Positions 9,792-21,400 of a DNA stretch of 64,000 nt are shown piece after piece. Under the pieces are notes generated by a model. That model was given only the letters and a program-made list of their open reading frames with translations, had not been told where the DNA came from and searched no databases. Position 1 is the stretch's first letter. Each line of letters begins with the position of its first letter. The stretch lies in IMG/VR virus record IMGVR_UViG_3300026484_000007, positions 186,001-250,000 of that record. One strand, written 5' to 3'. The position numbers and the translations under genes were made by a program.

Positions 9792-10553
9792 ATGGTAATA
9801 TTTTTAAATGAATCAAGTGTTAAAACTATAAAGAACATTGGAAATCATATTAAGCAAGCATCGAGTAAGATGATTAAGAATATAAAAAATATAAAAAATT
9901 TATTATCAAAACCAATTGATTCGGTTAAAATTAATAATTTCCTAAAAAAGAATAAAATCAAAAACGGATCTAAAAAAGATCTTAATGAATCAGAAGAGAT
10001 TCTTTTAGAATCAAAGATAGAAAAAGCCATAAAAAATAAACCAGGAAAACTGACTAACGCTGATACTAACGTTAATGATACTTGTCTTACTGCAGCATTA
10101 AAAATTCTTGGAAAAGAAAAATTAATAGATAAATGCCAAGGATCATTATTAATGTTTTTAAAATTATATAAAAAAGCTGGAGGAGAGTTTGAAAAACTCA
10201 CGAAGGATAATATTGATTCTCTTAAAAAAGGTCATATAATTCTTGCAAATTTTGATCCAAAAAAACTGAAAAGTCCAACGGCAAAAAAAGTTACAACTGG
10301 TTTCGATCCAAAATATGGAGTTATGTCTTCTAACGTTTGGCATGGACCAAGCGGTCATATTATGATAGTAATTAAACCGGATAACGAAAATACATTGTTT
10401 CTTCATAACACGATGAATTCTAATGTAAATGATGCAGTTATCGATCATGCTTTATCATTAGAAATATATAAAGGAACTACTTTTATAAAAAATATCAAAA
10501 ATGAAAAACAATCTGCGTACGTGCTCGATTCTAAAGTTATTGAAAAAATGTAA
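9792..10553 (+). CDS. NlpC/P60-like (papain-fold) amidase/peptidase with processing leader
   Basis: DTCLT (Cys), GHIIL, GHIMIV (His), FLHN; leader FLNE|S and LLE|S. Confidence 0.6.
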   Translation: MVIFLNESSVKTIKNIGNHIKQASSKMIKNIKNIKNLLSKPIDSVKINNFLKKNKIKNGSKKDLNESEEILLESKIEKAIKNKPGKLTNADTNVNDTCLTAALKILGKEKLIDKCQGSLLMFLKLYKKAGGEFEKLTKDNIDSLKKGHIILANFDPKKLKSPTAKKVTTGFDPKYGVMSSNVWHGPSGHIMIVIKPDNENTLFLHNTMNSNVNDAVIDHALSLEIYKGTTFIKNIKNEKQSAYVLDSKVIEKM

Positions 10554-10583
10554 ATAAAAATAAAAAAAATTAAAGGATAATCT

Positions 10584-11147
10584 ATGCTTCCGATGTTTCT
10601 TAATAAAAGATCTTTAAAAGATCTTTTATCGATCGAAGAAAGTTTTTTTAATTTTTTTAAATCTAAAAAATTAAAATACGAGTTTTTAAAAAAGGATCCT
10701 AAAAAGATCTCTCTTGATCATCTCGGTATTTATACGATAAAAGATAATTTAAAGGATAAAAAAATTGGAGAAGTTGAATTAATTATAAAAAATTATAGAA
10801 CTTTTTTAGCAGAATTAAATAAATCTAAAGATAAAGATCTTTCTAAACTTAGATTAACCGATGTAATTTTATTTTATCCAAATAAAAAAATTAATTATTT
10901 TTGTAATTTTCAAAAAGGATCTAAAATAGATGCTACTTCAAAATCTCAGTTTTTTATAGATTTTTTAATTAATTTTCATGAATATTATAAAACGCTTTCA
11001 GTATCAAATAAAGATCCAAAATATAAAAATTATAAAATTGGATTAATAATTACTGATAAAGACGTAAGTGATCTAAAAAAGATCACTTCTATAAAAAGAA
11101 CAATTTCTTTCAGAAAAATAGATAAAGATTTGAATCTAATTTTTTAA
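10584..11147 (+). CDS. hypothetical virion protein
   Basis: leader FLNKRSLKDLLSIEE|S nearly identical to that of 7397..7705. Confidence 0.7.
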   Translation: MLPMFLNKRSLKDLLSIEESFFNFFKSKKLKYEFLKKDPKKISLDHLGIYTIKDNLKDKKIGEVELIIKNYRTFLAELNKSKDKDLSKLRLTDVILFYPNKKINYFCNFQKGSKIDATSKSQFFIDFLINFHEYYKTLSVSNKDPKYKNYKIGLIITDKDVSDLKKITSIKRTISFRKIDKDLNLIF

Positions 11148-11212
11148 ACGAAGAAGTAAAATAAAAAAATAAAAAAAATAAAAATATATTTTATATATAA
11201 TAGGAGTTAAAT

Positions 11213-12169
11213 ATGCCTAAACAATATCAACCTTTTTTAAGCACGATTGATGCTGCTTACAAAGATCTTCGATTTAAAATCGAAGGACGAGAACCGAAAA
11301 AAGTTATCGAAGAAGGTTTATTTCCTGAACCACCAGCGCAACCAACTAGAAAAATGGATCCTATTTCCAATGATTCTGATTCATCTAATATAGCTGGAAA
11401 ACTTGGACTAACGTTAGGTGGTCTTGGTCTAACAGCTTATGGAGCAAATGAATATTTTGATTCAAATGATGCGACTGATACACTTACGCAAGCTAAAGCA
11501 GATGCAAATGAAGTAGTCGATAAAGAAGTTCAAGCGAAAACGCAAGCAAATGTAAAAGATATAAATAATTTCCTTGCTACAAATAATCTAAATAAAATTC
11601 CTGAATATCATTCTAATAATTCTACAGTTTTTGCGAATACAAAAGAATCCGATTTAGCTCATAAACTTTACGTGGGTGGAGAAGGAATTGATACTGATTT
11701 TGAAAAAGCTTTAAATAAGTACCATCACGGAAATAAAGCATTAGTTGACTGGTTAACGAACACTGACGGTGGTTTCGAATGGGATAAATTATGGAAAGGA
11801 TCTTATGATTCTACTAGAAATAATTTATTAGAACAGTTAAAAGAAGCTAAAGCATATGCTGCTGGAAAACCAGTACCACTTAAAATGGGTCATTTAATTG
11901 ATTGGGGATTACATAATCCAGACAATGGAGCAGACGCATCCTCTCAAGCATATTGGGAAAGAGTAGCGAATGAAATACAATCGAAAATTAATAAATTGGA
12001 CGCAGCGGAACAAGAAATGGTTCATAATCTTAAACAACAATACTACGACAAATACATGGATGAACAATTGAAAGATAAATTACTTGCTTTCGATAAAGCT
12101 CATGGAGGCACTGGTAAATTTGATACAGTCGAAGAATTACGAGAATATCTTAAAAAACATAAAGGGTGA
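11213..12169 (+). CDS. glycine-zipper protein
   Basis: VIEE|G; GLTLGGLGLTAYG followed by hydrophilic domain. Confidence 0.75.
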   Translation: MPKQYQPFLSTIDAAYKDLRFKIEGREPKKVIEEGLFPEPPAQPTRKMDPISNDSDSSNIAGKLGLTLGGLGLTAYGANEYFDSNDATDTLTQAKADANEVVDKEVQAKTQANVKDINNFLATNNLNKIPEYHSNNSTVFANTKESDLAHKLYVGGEGIDTDFEKALNKYHHGNKALVDWLTNTDGGFEWDKLWKGSYDSTRNNLLEQLKEAKAYAAGKPVPLKMGHLIDWGLHNPDNGADASSQAYWERVANEIQSKINKLDAAEQEMVHNLKQQYYDKYMDEQLKDKLLAFDKAHGGTGKFDTVEELREYLKKHKG

Positions 12170-12205
12170 TCCTCTTTGGATCACTTTTTTTGTCGTTAGA
12201 AAAAA
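12165..12205 (+). terminator. intrinsic terminator with conserved tail
   Basis: GTGATCC-TCTTT-GGATCAC + TTTTTTTGTCGTTAGAAAAAA. Confidence 0.85.
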
Positions 12206-12224
12206 TCCATAGAAAAACTTTTGA

Positions 12225-12351
12225 AAAACTTTGATTTCTACGTAGCATCTTTTTTCGATACAAGCGATATAAAAGCAGTTCTAAAATTTTTAGAACTGCT
12301 ATATATCTTTGTGTATCTATCGTTGATCAACGTTCTGGAAACACAGTTTTT
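12225..12351. repeat. ~130-bp intergenic repeat
   Basis: same orientation and near-identical to 2234-2361. Confidence 0.9.
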
Positions 12352-12424
12352 CAAAAGTTTTTTGCGTCCAGTTTTCTCCATCGTATCTCCTTAAACAATT
12401 TAAAAAATAAATTAAGGAGATCTA

Positions 12425-14290
12425 ATGGAGATCATTACTAATACGATAGACTATGCAAGGGAATATTTAAAATGTAAATTAAGTCCTTTGTATTTTATTG
12501 AAAATTATATTAAAATCCCAGTGCCTGGGGGTATAATTACTCAGCCGGAATCTGATATTTGGAATGCTACTCCCAAATATAGAGATCTTATAAAATTATA
12601 TATGGATGAGCAAATACAAAATATCGCTTTCCAAGCATCAAGACAGCACGCGAAAACAACAACCGTCGCTCAATTGGTGCTACATGCTTTAATTTTTTAT
12701 CCAAGAATGAAAATAGAAATGCTTACTCTTACTAAAAAGAATGCTGAAGATACAGTCGAAAGAATTCTTTTTATGCATAATCATTTACCAAAGTGGTTGC
12801 AAGTTGGATTTAAAGGAAAAGCAGATTATAAAACATATATCCTTTTCTCAAATGATTCAAGATTCAATACAAGATTTATTTCAGGGAATATTAGTCCTGA
12901 TACCGTTGCAAGGGGGATGTCTGTACCATTCTTATGGGTTGACGAAGCAGCTTTTATTCCTCATATGGAAGAAGCTTGGGCTGCTGCACAACCTGCGATC
13001 GCAACTGCTCGAAAATTCGCTCTTTTAAATAAGGTTCCTACAAAGATCATTATGACCAGTACACCAAACGGTGCAGGAGAAAATTTCTTTTATAAAACGT
13101 GGTCTCGTGCATGGGATTATACTGAAGTTATGGATCTCGAAAAAAGAAAAGTTGTTCCTAATGCTCAAGAAATATTGAATTCCAATCCAGATAAAAACAA
13201 CTTCGTTAAACTTAAAATTCATTGGAGTGAAACTGGTAAAACTGAAGAATGGTATCAAAGACAGATCAAAGAACTACAGTTCAATATGAGAAAAGTAAAC
13301 CAAGAGCTTAACTTAGTATTCTTAGGATCTGCTTTTACTATTTTCCCAGATGAAGTAATCGCTGAATTCAAACCCAAAAAAGAAATAAAAAAGATCGATA
13401 TAGGATACGGAAATTATTTTTCACTTTTTGAAGATATAGAAGAAATTCTTTCAGAAAATAAAGAAGAAGTATTTATTCTTGGAGTCGATACTGCAGTAAG
13501 TACCGCAGCAAAAGCCGATTATAGTGCGATAGTTTTAACGAAAGGATCTACTGGAGAACAGATCGGAGAATGGCACGGAAAAGTTTCAGTTCTTAAGAGA
13601 TACGGAATTATTCTTAAAAAATTAATTCTTAATTTACTTAAACATTTTGATTTAGATGAAGATAATTTTAAAGTAATTATAGAAAGAAATAGCATTGGTC
13701 TTAGTATCGTTGAAGATCTTCAATACGATGATGAATTTGATTTCGGAGCATTTTTATATCGAACGGAGATAAGAAAAGGAGAAAAAGCTCCTGGGATCGC
13801 TACAAAGAAAGATACTCGGGAAAAAATGTTTGATCTTTTATTATCAATCGTAAATGAAAATCCAGGAGTTGTTCAAGGACCATTAATTCAAGAAGAACTA
13901 AGAAATCTTGAACAGAAATCAAGTGGAAGAATTGAAGCTGGTAATGGGACTCATGATGATATTATTATGGCTTATAACTTTACTTTATTTGTCCGAGAAG
14001 AATTAATTAAAAATGGAATAATTGCTTCAAAACATTCTCCAAAACGTTTTGATAAAAATACTATTATTAATGACGTTGATGTAGCGCTTTCGTCGATCAA
14101 TAATTATCAGTCTTTTTTAGATACAAAATCAAAAAATGACGATTTTATTTTTACGACTGATTTTGAAAATGAAAAAGCAAAAAAAGACATAGAAAAATAT
14201 AAAAAGCAATTAATGAAAGAACTTACTCCGAAAGGTATGAATTATACGGAGGAAGAAGATATTATTGGATACGATATTATAGCTTTTTAA
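12425..14290 (+). CDS. terL: terminase large subunit (T4 gp17-like)
   Basis: Walker A SRQHAKTT, Walker B LWVDEAAF, motif III TSTPNG, nuclease LGVDTA...DYS, IERN, HDDIIMA. Confidence 0.95.
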   Translation: MEIITNTIDYAREYLKCKLSPLYFIENYIKIPVPGGIITQPESDIWNATPKYRDLIKLYMDEQIQNIAFQASRQHAKTTTVAQLVLHALIFYPRMKIEMLTLTKKNAEDTVERILFMHNHLPKWLQVGFKGKADYKTYILFSNDSRFNTRFISGNISPDTVARGMSVPFLWVDEAAFIPHMEEAWAAAQPAIATARKFALLNKVPTKIIMTSTPNGAGENFFYKTWSRAWDYTEVMDLEKRKVVPNAQEILNSNPDKNNFVKLKIHWSETGKTEEWYQRQIKELQFNMRKVNQELNLVFLGSAFTIFPDEVIAEFKPKKEIKKIDIGYGNYFSLFEDIEEILSENKEEVFILGVDTAVSTAAKADYSAIVLTKGSTGEQIGEWHGKVSVLKRYGIILKKLILNLLKHFDLDEDNFKVIIERNSIGLSIVEDLQYDDEFDFGAFLYRTEIRKGEKAPGIATKKDTREKMFDLLLSIVNENPGVVQGPLIQEELRNLEQKSSGRIEAGNGTHDDIIMAYNFTLFVREELIKNGIIASKHSPKRFDKNTIINDVDVALSSINNYQSFLDTKSKNDDFIFTTDFENEKAKKDIEKYKKQLMKELTPKGMNYTEEEDIIGYDIIAF

Positions 14291-14305
14291 AATAAAAGGA
14301 TTTTT

Positions 14306-15199
14306 ATGAAAAGAAAAAAACATTTAAAACATATAAAATACATAAATTATTTAAATGAAACTGCCACTATTGGAGCTCTAAATATAGGAAAAGCTGCAGC
14401 AATTGGAGCTGGGAAAGTAGGAGCCGCGACAGCCACCACTGGAGTTGCTTCTGGAGCTGGAACTGGAGCAACCGCAGGCGCAGGAATAGCTGGACTAAGC
14501 GCGTTAGGATTATCTGGTAAATTAATTAAGAAAACTTCAGAAGGATCTTTTAAAGATCACATTAGTAATTCAAACAATCAAAATATTTCTCAGAATATTC
14601 TAATGAAAGATAAAGAATTATATAATGAAATTTTCAATAAAACCAAACAGTTCGAAAATTCAAAAAATCTTTCAGGTGTTTATGATCACGGGACTACAGT
14701 AGGATATGGTAATGATGTTCGATTTTTAGAAGCTAGAGATTTTAAAGATTGGGCAAACGCAAAATCATTCGAAGGCACCCCATTTCAATCAAAATTTAAA
14801 CAATGGGCTTCTGATGGTAAATTTGATAAAAATGAACAACAAGAATTCGTCAATCTTGTAAATAAAAATCATTTAACTCCTGAGCAAATGAATACTATTT
14901 ACAAACATGAATTTGATGAAAGAATTTTACAATTGAAAAATACGTTAGCTAAAGAAGGTATCGATTTTAGCTCTTTACCTGCAAATGTAAAAAAAGTTTT
15001 AATTGATTTTAATTATAATGCCGGTACTGGAAATCTTTTAAAAACTTTAAAAGCAAAAGGATCTATTGAAGATCTAAAATCAGGCGATTATAATGATTTT
15101 GCTAACGATATTAAAACTAGTAATTGGTATAATAATTTTTTAAGTTCGAATATTGATAGACATCATTATATCGATGGAAATTTATCCGATTACGTTTAA
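14306..15199 (+). CDS. Gly/Ala-rich virion protein with C-terminal T4-lysozyme-like domain
   Basis: leader YLNE|T; TVGYG, FSSLPANVKKVLIDFNYNAG, SNWY. Confidence 0.75.
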   Translation: MKRKKHLKHIKYINYLNETATIGALNIGKAAAIGAGKVGAATATTGVASGAGTGATAGAGIAGLSALGLSGKLIKKTSEGSFKDHISNSNNQNISQNILMKDKELYNEIFNKTKQFENSKNLSGVYDHGTTVGYGNDVRFLEARDFKDWANAKSFEGTPFQSKFKQWASDGKFDKNEQQEFVNLVNKNHLTPEQMNTIYKHEFDERILQLKNTLAKEGIDFSSLPANVKKVLIDFNYNAGTGNLLKTLKAKGSIEDLKSGDYNDFANDIKTSNWYNNFLSSNIDRHHYIDGNLSDYV

Positions 15200-15237
15200 A
15201 CGAAAATGAAAAATTGAAAAAATTAAGGAGATATAAT

Positions 15238-16800
15238 ATGATATCTAATCCAAAAGATTTAAAAAAATTTTCTAAAGATTTTGATTATACTCATTATCTT
15301 AATTATGATAGTGTTCCAAAAATGATTCGAATAGAAGAAGGAGCGGCTAAAGTTCTTGGAGCTGGAGCATTAGGGGCAGGAGCTGGAGCAGGTCTTGGAT
15401 GGTATTTAGGAGATCATGATTTAATCCCAAAAGATCTTGGGGAATTTTTAGGAAATCATGATAGTAAAATGCTTGTTGATAAAGATCAAGCAATTGTAAA
15501 TGAAGAACTTAAGAAGCAATTATTAAATGATGCATTAAAAAGAAATCAAAATGTATTAAATACTTATAGCGAACTTAATAAATTCGCAAATCCATTCAAT
15601 GGTAATCATACTAATGAACCAGAATATTTTAGAAATCATATTTATGATAAAACTAATCATACTTGGGGAGAAGCTGGCACTGAAGTAGTTCGTAAAAAAT
15701 TAATGCACAACATTCAAAATGAATTAAGTGCCATCAGATTAGAAAAAATGGATTTAATTAAGAAATATACTGAGCAAGTTAAACATCTTTTAGCTTTAAA
15801 AAATCAATTAACTCCTACAGATCAACAACTTGTTTTAAAATTAAAAAATGAATTAATGCAAGCTCAAAACGATCCTTCAAATAATTCTCTTGATTTAGTA
15901 AATAATACATATCAAAACTTAATCAAGCAATTTACTATAGACAATGCTTCCGCATCTGGTAAAAATGCAGAGATTCAAAATGTAATTGATACATTTAAGC
16001 AAGATATTGATGCTACTACAGCAAAACTTAATCAAGTGATGGATGCTGAAAAACATTATGAAACTGCTAATAAATATATTAATCAAGGTCAAATAGATAA
16101 AGCGATGAAAGAAATCACTAATCCAGATAAACCTATCATTGATCCGAAAAAAGGTTATGAAGGACAATACGATAATCCTTATCTAAAAACAGCTTATGAA
16201 GATATGACTAAAGATAGACAAATGCAAGCGTATGTTAATGCTTGGAATCATGAACATCCAGATGAAAAAATTGAATACGATTCAATTGCTAATAGATTCA
16301 AAGGAGGATTTTTCAAAGATCATCCTGAATTACAAGATAGAGAAAATTTATTAAAATATTTTAATGATCCTAAACATAAAGAGTTATTTGCTAATAAAGA
16401 TCATTTAAAAGATTACACTGAGAAAAATTTAGACGCGTCTAAATTTACAGAACATAAAACAATTAAGACTGCAGTCGATAAACAACCATTATTGACAAAA
16501 GAACAAGCGATAGGAGCAGGAGCTGCTCTTGGAGGGTTAACGCTTGGAGCGATGGCAGTCGATGATAAAAAAGAAAAATCTGAAGATTTCAATGGATTTG
16601 GAGCTCCTCAATACCCAAACCCAGCATTCCAACCAGTTCATCAACCACTTCAGCAGCCAGCGCAATTACAATTTAATTCCCCAGCGTATGGACAACCTCC
16701 AGTATTTAATACAACTCCAGCTGGAGCATTACCTGCGCCTCAACAAACACCAACTCCAACAGCTCAATCGATATTAAATCAAAAACAACCGAATTCTTAA
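15238..16800 (+). CDS. glycine-zipper protein (N- and C-terminal zippers, Pro/Gln tail)
   Basis: AAGGAG RBS favours ATG 15238; RIEE|G then GAGALGAGAGAGLG; GAGAALGGLTLG. Confidence 0.8.
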   Translation: MISNPKDLKKFSKDFDYTHYLNYDSVPKMIRIEEGAAKVLGAGALGAGAGAGLGWYLGDHDLIPKDLGEFLGNHDSKMLVDKDQAIVNEELKKQLLNDALKRNQNVLNTYSELNKFANPFNGNHTNEPEYFRNHIYDKTNHTWGEAGTEVVRKKLMHNIQNELSAIRLEKMDLIKKYTEQVKHLLALKNQLTPTDQQLVLKLKNELMQAQNDPSNNSLDLVNNTYQNLIKQFTIDNASASGKNAEIQNVIDTFKQDIDATTAKLNQVMDAEKHYETANKYINQGQIDKAMKEITNPDKPIIDPKKGYEGQYDNPYLKTAYEDMTKDRQMQAYVNAWNHEHPDEKIEYDSIANRFKGGFFKDHPELQDRENLLKYFNDPKHKELFANKDHLKDYTEKNLDASKFTEHKTIKTAVDKQPLLTKEQAIGAGAALGGLTLGAMAVDDKKEKSEDFNGFGAPQYPNPAFQPVHQPLQQPAQLQFNSPAYGQPPVFNTTPAGALPAPQQTPTPTAQSILNQKQPNS

Positions 16801-16850
16801 AAGTGATCTAAAAAAGATCACTTTTGGAATTTTTTTGTCTTTTGAAAAAA
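16799..16850 (+). terminator. terminator hairpin with conserved tail
   Basis: AAAAGTGATCT-AAAAA-AGATCACTTTT; TTTTTTTGTCTTTTGAAAAAA. Confidence 0.75.
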
Positions 16851-16894
16851 TTTATATACAAAATGATCCTAAAGATATGTATAAGTGCATAAAA

Positions 16895-16920
16895 ATATAA
16901 TGCAATGTATTGCATTATAT
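16895..16920. promoter_or_regulatory. perfect 12-bp inverted repeat, candidate operator
   Basis: ATATAATGCAAT-GT-ATTGCATTATAT upstream of 16965. Confidence 0.45.
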
Positions 16921-16964
16921 TGCAATAAAAAAGTAAAATACTAAAAACAGAGAAAAGGAAAAAC

Positions 16965-18308
16965 ATGGAAAATTTAAAAATTTTAAGTGTATCAAATTTA
17001 GATTCGACTCAAGATGTTCTTTCACAATCAACGATTGACGTAGTAAAACATTCTCCAAAAAAATGCTATAGAATTTTAAGTAAAAATGATTTTGGTAAAA
17101 AAAGAAGAATCAATATTGGATTCTTTAATAAGAAGACGAATTTTATAGTAAGCAATGAAAACTCTTTAATGACGTTAAAATTAGATAATAATGAATTAAA
17201 AGTTCAAGCAACAACAATCGATTCAATTGAAAAAAATGAATTCCTAATCTATTATATTCCTATTTTAGAATTAAAAAGATTAAATAAAATTAATGAGCAT
17301 ATTTTGATTACTACGCATGATGAAGATGATCCTGAAAAGATCATTAAAACAGAAGTTCCTTTAACTTTCGATTTAGGTAGAGTAGTAGGTAAAATTTTAA
17401 AATATAGAAATCTTGATGAATACATAAATGAAAATCTTTATAAAGATCCTGAAAAGATCAAAGAGGATGAAGCTTTAGAAATTTTTCTAAAATTAATTAT
17501 TGAGAATAATTCGGCGGGAGCAGTATCGCTTCATAAAAAATTAATTTTAAGTAGTAATGAAGAATTTTTATTTGGAATAATTTTTGAATTCTTCGAAAAA
17601 CCAAAAACTTCAGAAGAGAAAAATAAAATATATATAAATGATATTAACGTGTATAGTTTAACTATGATATTAAATCTTTTAGGTGCGAGTTATTCAATTA
17701 GAAAAACTCCAGAAAGAGGTTTTCAATTAAGATTTAAATTACCTATTTATTTTGAATATTTATTAGAAAAATTATACGATTCTAATAAAGAATCTTTTAA
17801 AGATCTTTCTAAAGAAGAATTTTTATATAAATTAAAAATGTTTAGACAATATAGATTCTACGTGCTTAAAAATGAAAACTCTAATGAAAACTCTATCGAA
17901 ATCAAAGAACTTAGTGGATATAGTACTTATAAAAAAGTCGTAGAAGATTTCAAAAAATTAGACAATCAAGATGAAACTTTAATTAATTTAATTAATATTG
18001 GAGCGATTGAATTAATACCAGTTTATGATCTAGTATTTGAAAAAGTGGAATGTCCAGTAATGTTTGATTTTGTGACAGAAGGTAGAGAAAAAGGAACTAA
18101 CTATATCATTCCTGGATTACCATTATTAAAAAATAGTGATGGAGATATACTTGGTGTTATGGCAGTATGGACAAAAGATGCTGCGCAAGAAGCTGATAAA
18201 AAATTTGGAATTAAAACTAAATCTAATTTAGTAAGTCCATTGACTGGTGGTGTTTATCAATGGATAGGAATCGATGGAATTCTTGGATTATATAATTTTA
18301 CAAAATAG
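16965..18308 (+). CDS. split-intein C-fragment (390 aa, degenerate LAGLIDADG region) fused to 57-aa RNA polymerase beta' segment starting SDGD
   Basis: block F VMFDFVTE...NY, block G LLKN|S at 18134/18135; extein SDGDILGV...NLVSPLTG...DGILGLYNFT aligns to RpoC DGDQMAV...NILSPANG...DVVLGLYYMT. Confidence 0.88.
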   Translation: MENLKILSVSNLDSTQDVLSQSTIDVVKHSPKKCYRILSKNDFGKKRRINIGFFNKKTNFIVSNENSLMTLKLDNNELKVQATTIDSIEKNEFLIYYIPILELKRLNKINEHILITTHDEDDPEKIIKTEVPLTFDLGRVVGKILKYRNLDEYINENLYKDPEKIKEDEALEIFLKLIIENNSAGAVSLHKKLILSSNEEFLFGIIFEFFEKPKTSEEKNKIYINDINVYSLTMILNLLGASYSIRKTPERGFQLRFKLPIYFEYLLEKLYDSNKESFKDLSKEEFLYKLKMFRQYRFYVLKNENSNENSIEIKELSGYSTYKKVVEDFKKLDNQDETLINLINIGAIELIPVYDLVFEKVECPVMFDFVTEGREKGTNYIIPGLPLLKNSDGDILGVMAVWTKDAAQEADKKFGIKTKSNLVSPLTGGVYQWIGIDGILGLYNFTK

Positions 18309-18416
18309 ATTCAATTGATATACATTGATGGTAAAAATATTAAAAACTTTAAAAAAACTTTAAAAAAATAAAAAATAAAACCCTAAATAAAGGGAAAAGA
18401 ATTAAGGGAGAAATTC

Positions 18417-21400
18417 ATGGAAAATACTGGATTCAAAATAATCGAAAATCATAATTTTGATGAAATAAAAAGATATTGGTTAGATTTATATGGTGCAGAA
18501 GAATTAGCTTCTGATGAAACAATTAGAGTTGTTCCTCAAATCAAATTTGATAATGGAGAGCAAAAAGTTTTCACAATTAATAATCAAATAAACTCATTAT
18601 CTGGTTTTTTAGATTTCATAAAAAATATGGATAATCAATACGGAATAGGTAAAGTAGGATATAGTATTTCATCAGCAATATTCCATTATGATCCTGAAAA
18701 TAAAGATGATAAGGGTCAGGTTGTTAAGCCGAATGCTGGAACTTTCAAAAGAATAAAAAATGTAGTCGTGGATATTGATTTTCATATGGCGAAATCTAAA
18801 GATAGATTCGTGCTTGGATTTTTAGAAAATACTTATATTGATTTTGCTATTTTAAATATTTTCTTAAGCATTTCTGAAAAATTACAAGAAGCCGGAATTG
18901 ATGTTGTTAAACCTAAAATCGCTGGAATGACTGGTAGTGGTCTTCAAATTGTATTTGAAATGGATAGAGAATTATATAAAGATGATGCTCTAGTTTTTCT
19001 TACGTATCTAAAAAAGATCCTTGGTGGTTTAACTAAAGATTTAGCTTTAAAAGATCAATTTGGTAATATAGTATCTGCGACTGCTGAAGTTGATACAACG
19101 TTTGCGGATCTTGTTCACGTTCAAAGAGTTCTTGGAAGTATTAATCAAAAATACTTTACTTTATCAAAATATTCTAATGTATTTGAATTTAATTCTAAAG
19201 AAGAATATTTTAAAAATATTGATAGAATAAAAAACGAATATCTTAGTTTTATCAATGAAGCACAATTCCCAATTACCACTAAAGAAAAATATAATAAATA
19301 CATTACTCATATTATTGAAAGAATTAAAACTATTACTGCGAATGAAAGTGTGAATCAATTTTTCGTAGATAAATATTTACAATTAGCTAAAATGGAGCAA
19401 TACGCTGGAAAGACAGCAATTCGTCCTTCTGAAATGAAAAATATTGAATTAGATTTAATTTATAAATTAAAAGAAGAAGGAATAAAAACTATTGATTTAA
19501 TTAGAGATCTTGTAAAGATCGATCATGAGAGCTCTAGATTTATTGCTTTAAAATGTCCTTTTCATGAGGATACTAAATACAGTTTCGCAATTTATATTAA
19601 TGATGGAATTGATGTTCTTTACGATTTCCACGATGGTAAAAGTTATAATCTAGTTTCATTTTGGGAAAAAATTTACAATGTAAATAAAACGACAGCGATC
19701 AGTCAAATTTCTCAAAAAGCAGGAATTAAATTAGGCAAAGGGGAAAGAAAAGATTTCCAACAATTAGAAATCGAAGAAATCGTTGATCATCTTTTAGATA
19801 AAATTGATCTTGATAAATTTATTTATTATAGATTAGCTAATAAAAATAGAGTTTGTATTGTAAGACATAAAGATACTGGAGAAGCGTTCGTTTTCGATGG
19901 ACCAAAAATGATTGCTAGTCATGTTTTACAAAATCAATTAAAAGTTGAAGACGCTGATAAAAAATTACAAGAAGTGTTCTATAATAGATTCCAAGAAAGA
20001 ATTTTAATTGATGCTTTCGAAGAATTTCATCCAGGGAAACCTACGGTATTTCAAAGAGAATTCATTAAATTCGTGAATCTTTGGGTTCCAAGTAAAAATT
20101 ATTTAAACGCTCATGAAAGAGCTAAAGAATTAAAAGAAGAGCTTCAAATAGATAAAAAAATTCCTTTAGAAGATAGTATTCAAATTCTTAAAGAAAAAAC
20201 ACCTTGGACTTTCAAATACATTCAACAATTAACTCAAAAAGGAAATCTTTTATGGTTTATTAATTGGCTTGCAAATGGAGCTAAATATCAAGTTATGCCT
20301 ACTATTCCTGTAATTTTTGGTGTTCCAGGAGTTGGTAAGAATCTTTTTGTAACTACTATTCTTGAGTGGTATCATAATAATGAATATACTAAAGTAATGA
20401 CTTCTGATAGATTAATGTCTAATTTTAATAGTATTCTTGAAAATGCTAGTATGGTAGTTCTAGATGAAGGAGATGTATCTAATTCAAAAGAATTCGACTT
20501 CCTTAAATTCTTAAGTGGTAATAAGAATTTAATGATTGAAAAAAAAGGACAAGATGTAAAAATTTCTGAAAAATTCTTCAACATCATAATGTTCTCGAAT
20601 GGGGATATTCCAGTAAGACATTCTTTTGATGATAGAAGAATTCAATATTTTAAAACAGAGCAAACTTTATTACAAAGCTGCAAACAATGGGGTATCACAA
20701 TCGATGACTTCATTGAAAACGTAGAAAAAGAATTAGAAGATTTCTGGGGTATTCTTTTAAATATTAGCTTAGATAAAAAATGGAGCATTTCTAATGAAAA
20801 AGATAAATTATATATTATCCAAATTCTTAAACAGCATAGTTTTGGAGAATTAATTCTTAAATTATTAGAAGGTCAATGGAGAGATATTGCTTTACAATTA
20901 AATGAAAATATTTCAGATCCTGCTTTAATGAAAGCAAACCTTGAATTATTAAAAGAAATCAAAGAACATTTCGAAAACGAAAGCAAGCTTTCATTAACGT
21001 TAATTAATAGATATCTTAATGCTTTAAATTTTAAATATAAAACAAGTATTCAAAGATTCATTCAAAGAAACTCTTTACAAGACATTGGTATTGATATTGA
21101 GGTAACTTTAGAAGATGTATTAATTAAAATTGATAAAGAAAAACTTCAAAATTTAATAAATGTTCCTAATGTATTAACTATCAAAGAATATAAATCAATT
21201 GATAGATTTATTAGAATTCTTAAAAAAGCTATTGATAGTATAATTGATACGAAATCAAAATTTATTGAAGATGAAAAAATTATTGAATCTCAAGAGATTA
21301 AAGTAGAGACTGATATGGAAGCTTCGAATAAAAAAGAATTAGAATCTATAGGAATTTATGACAAAGATTCTCCCGAAATAGATCCAGATGGATTATTTAA

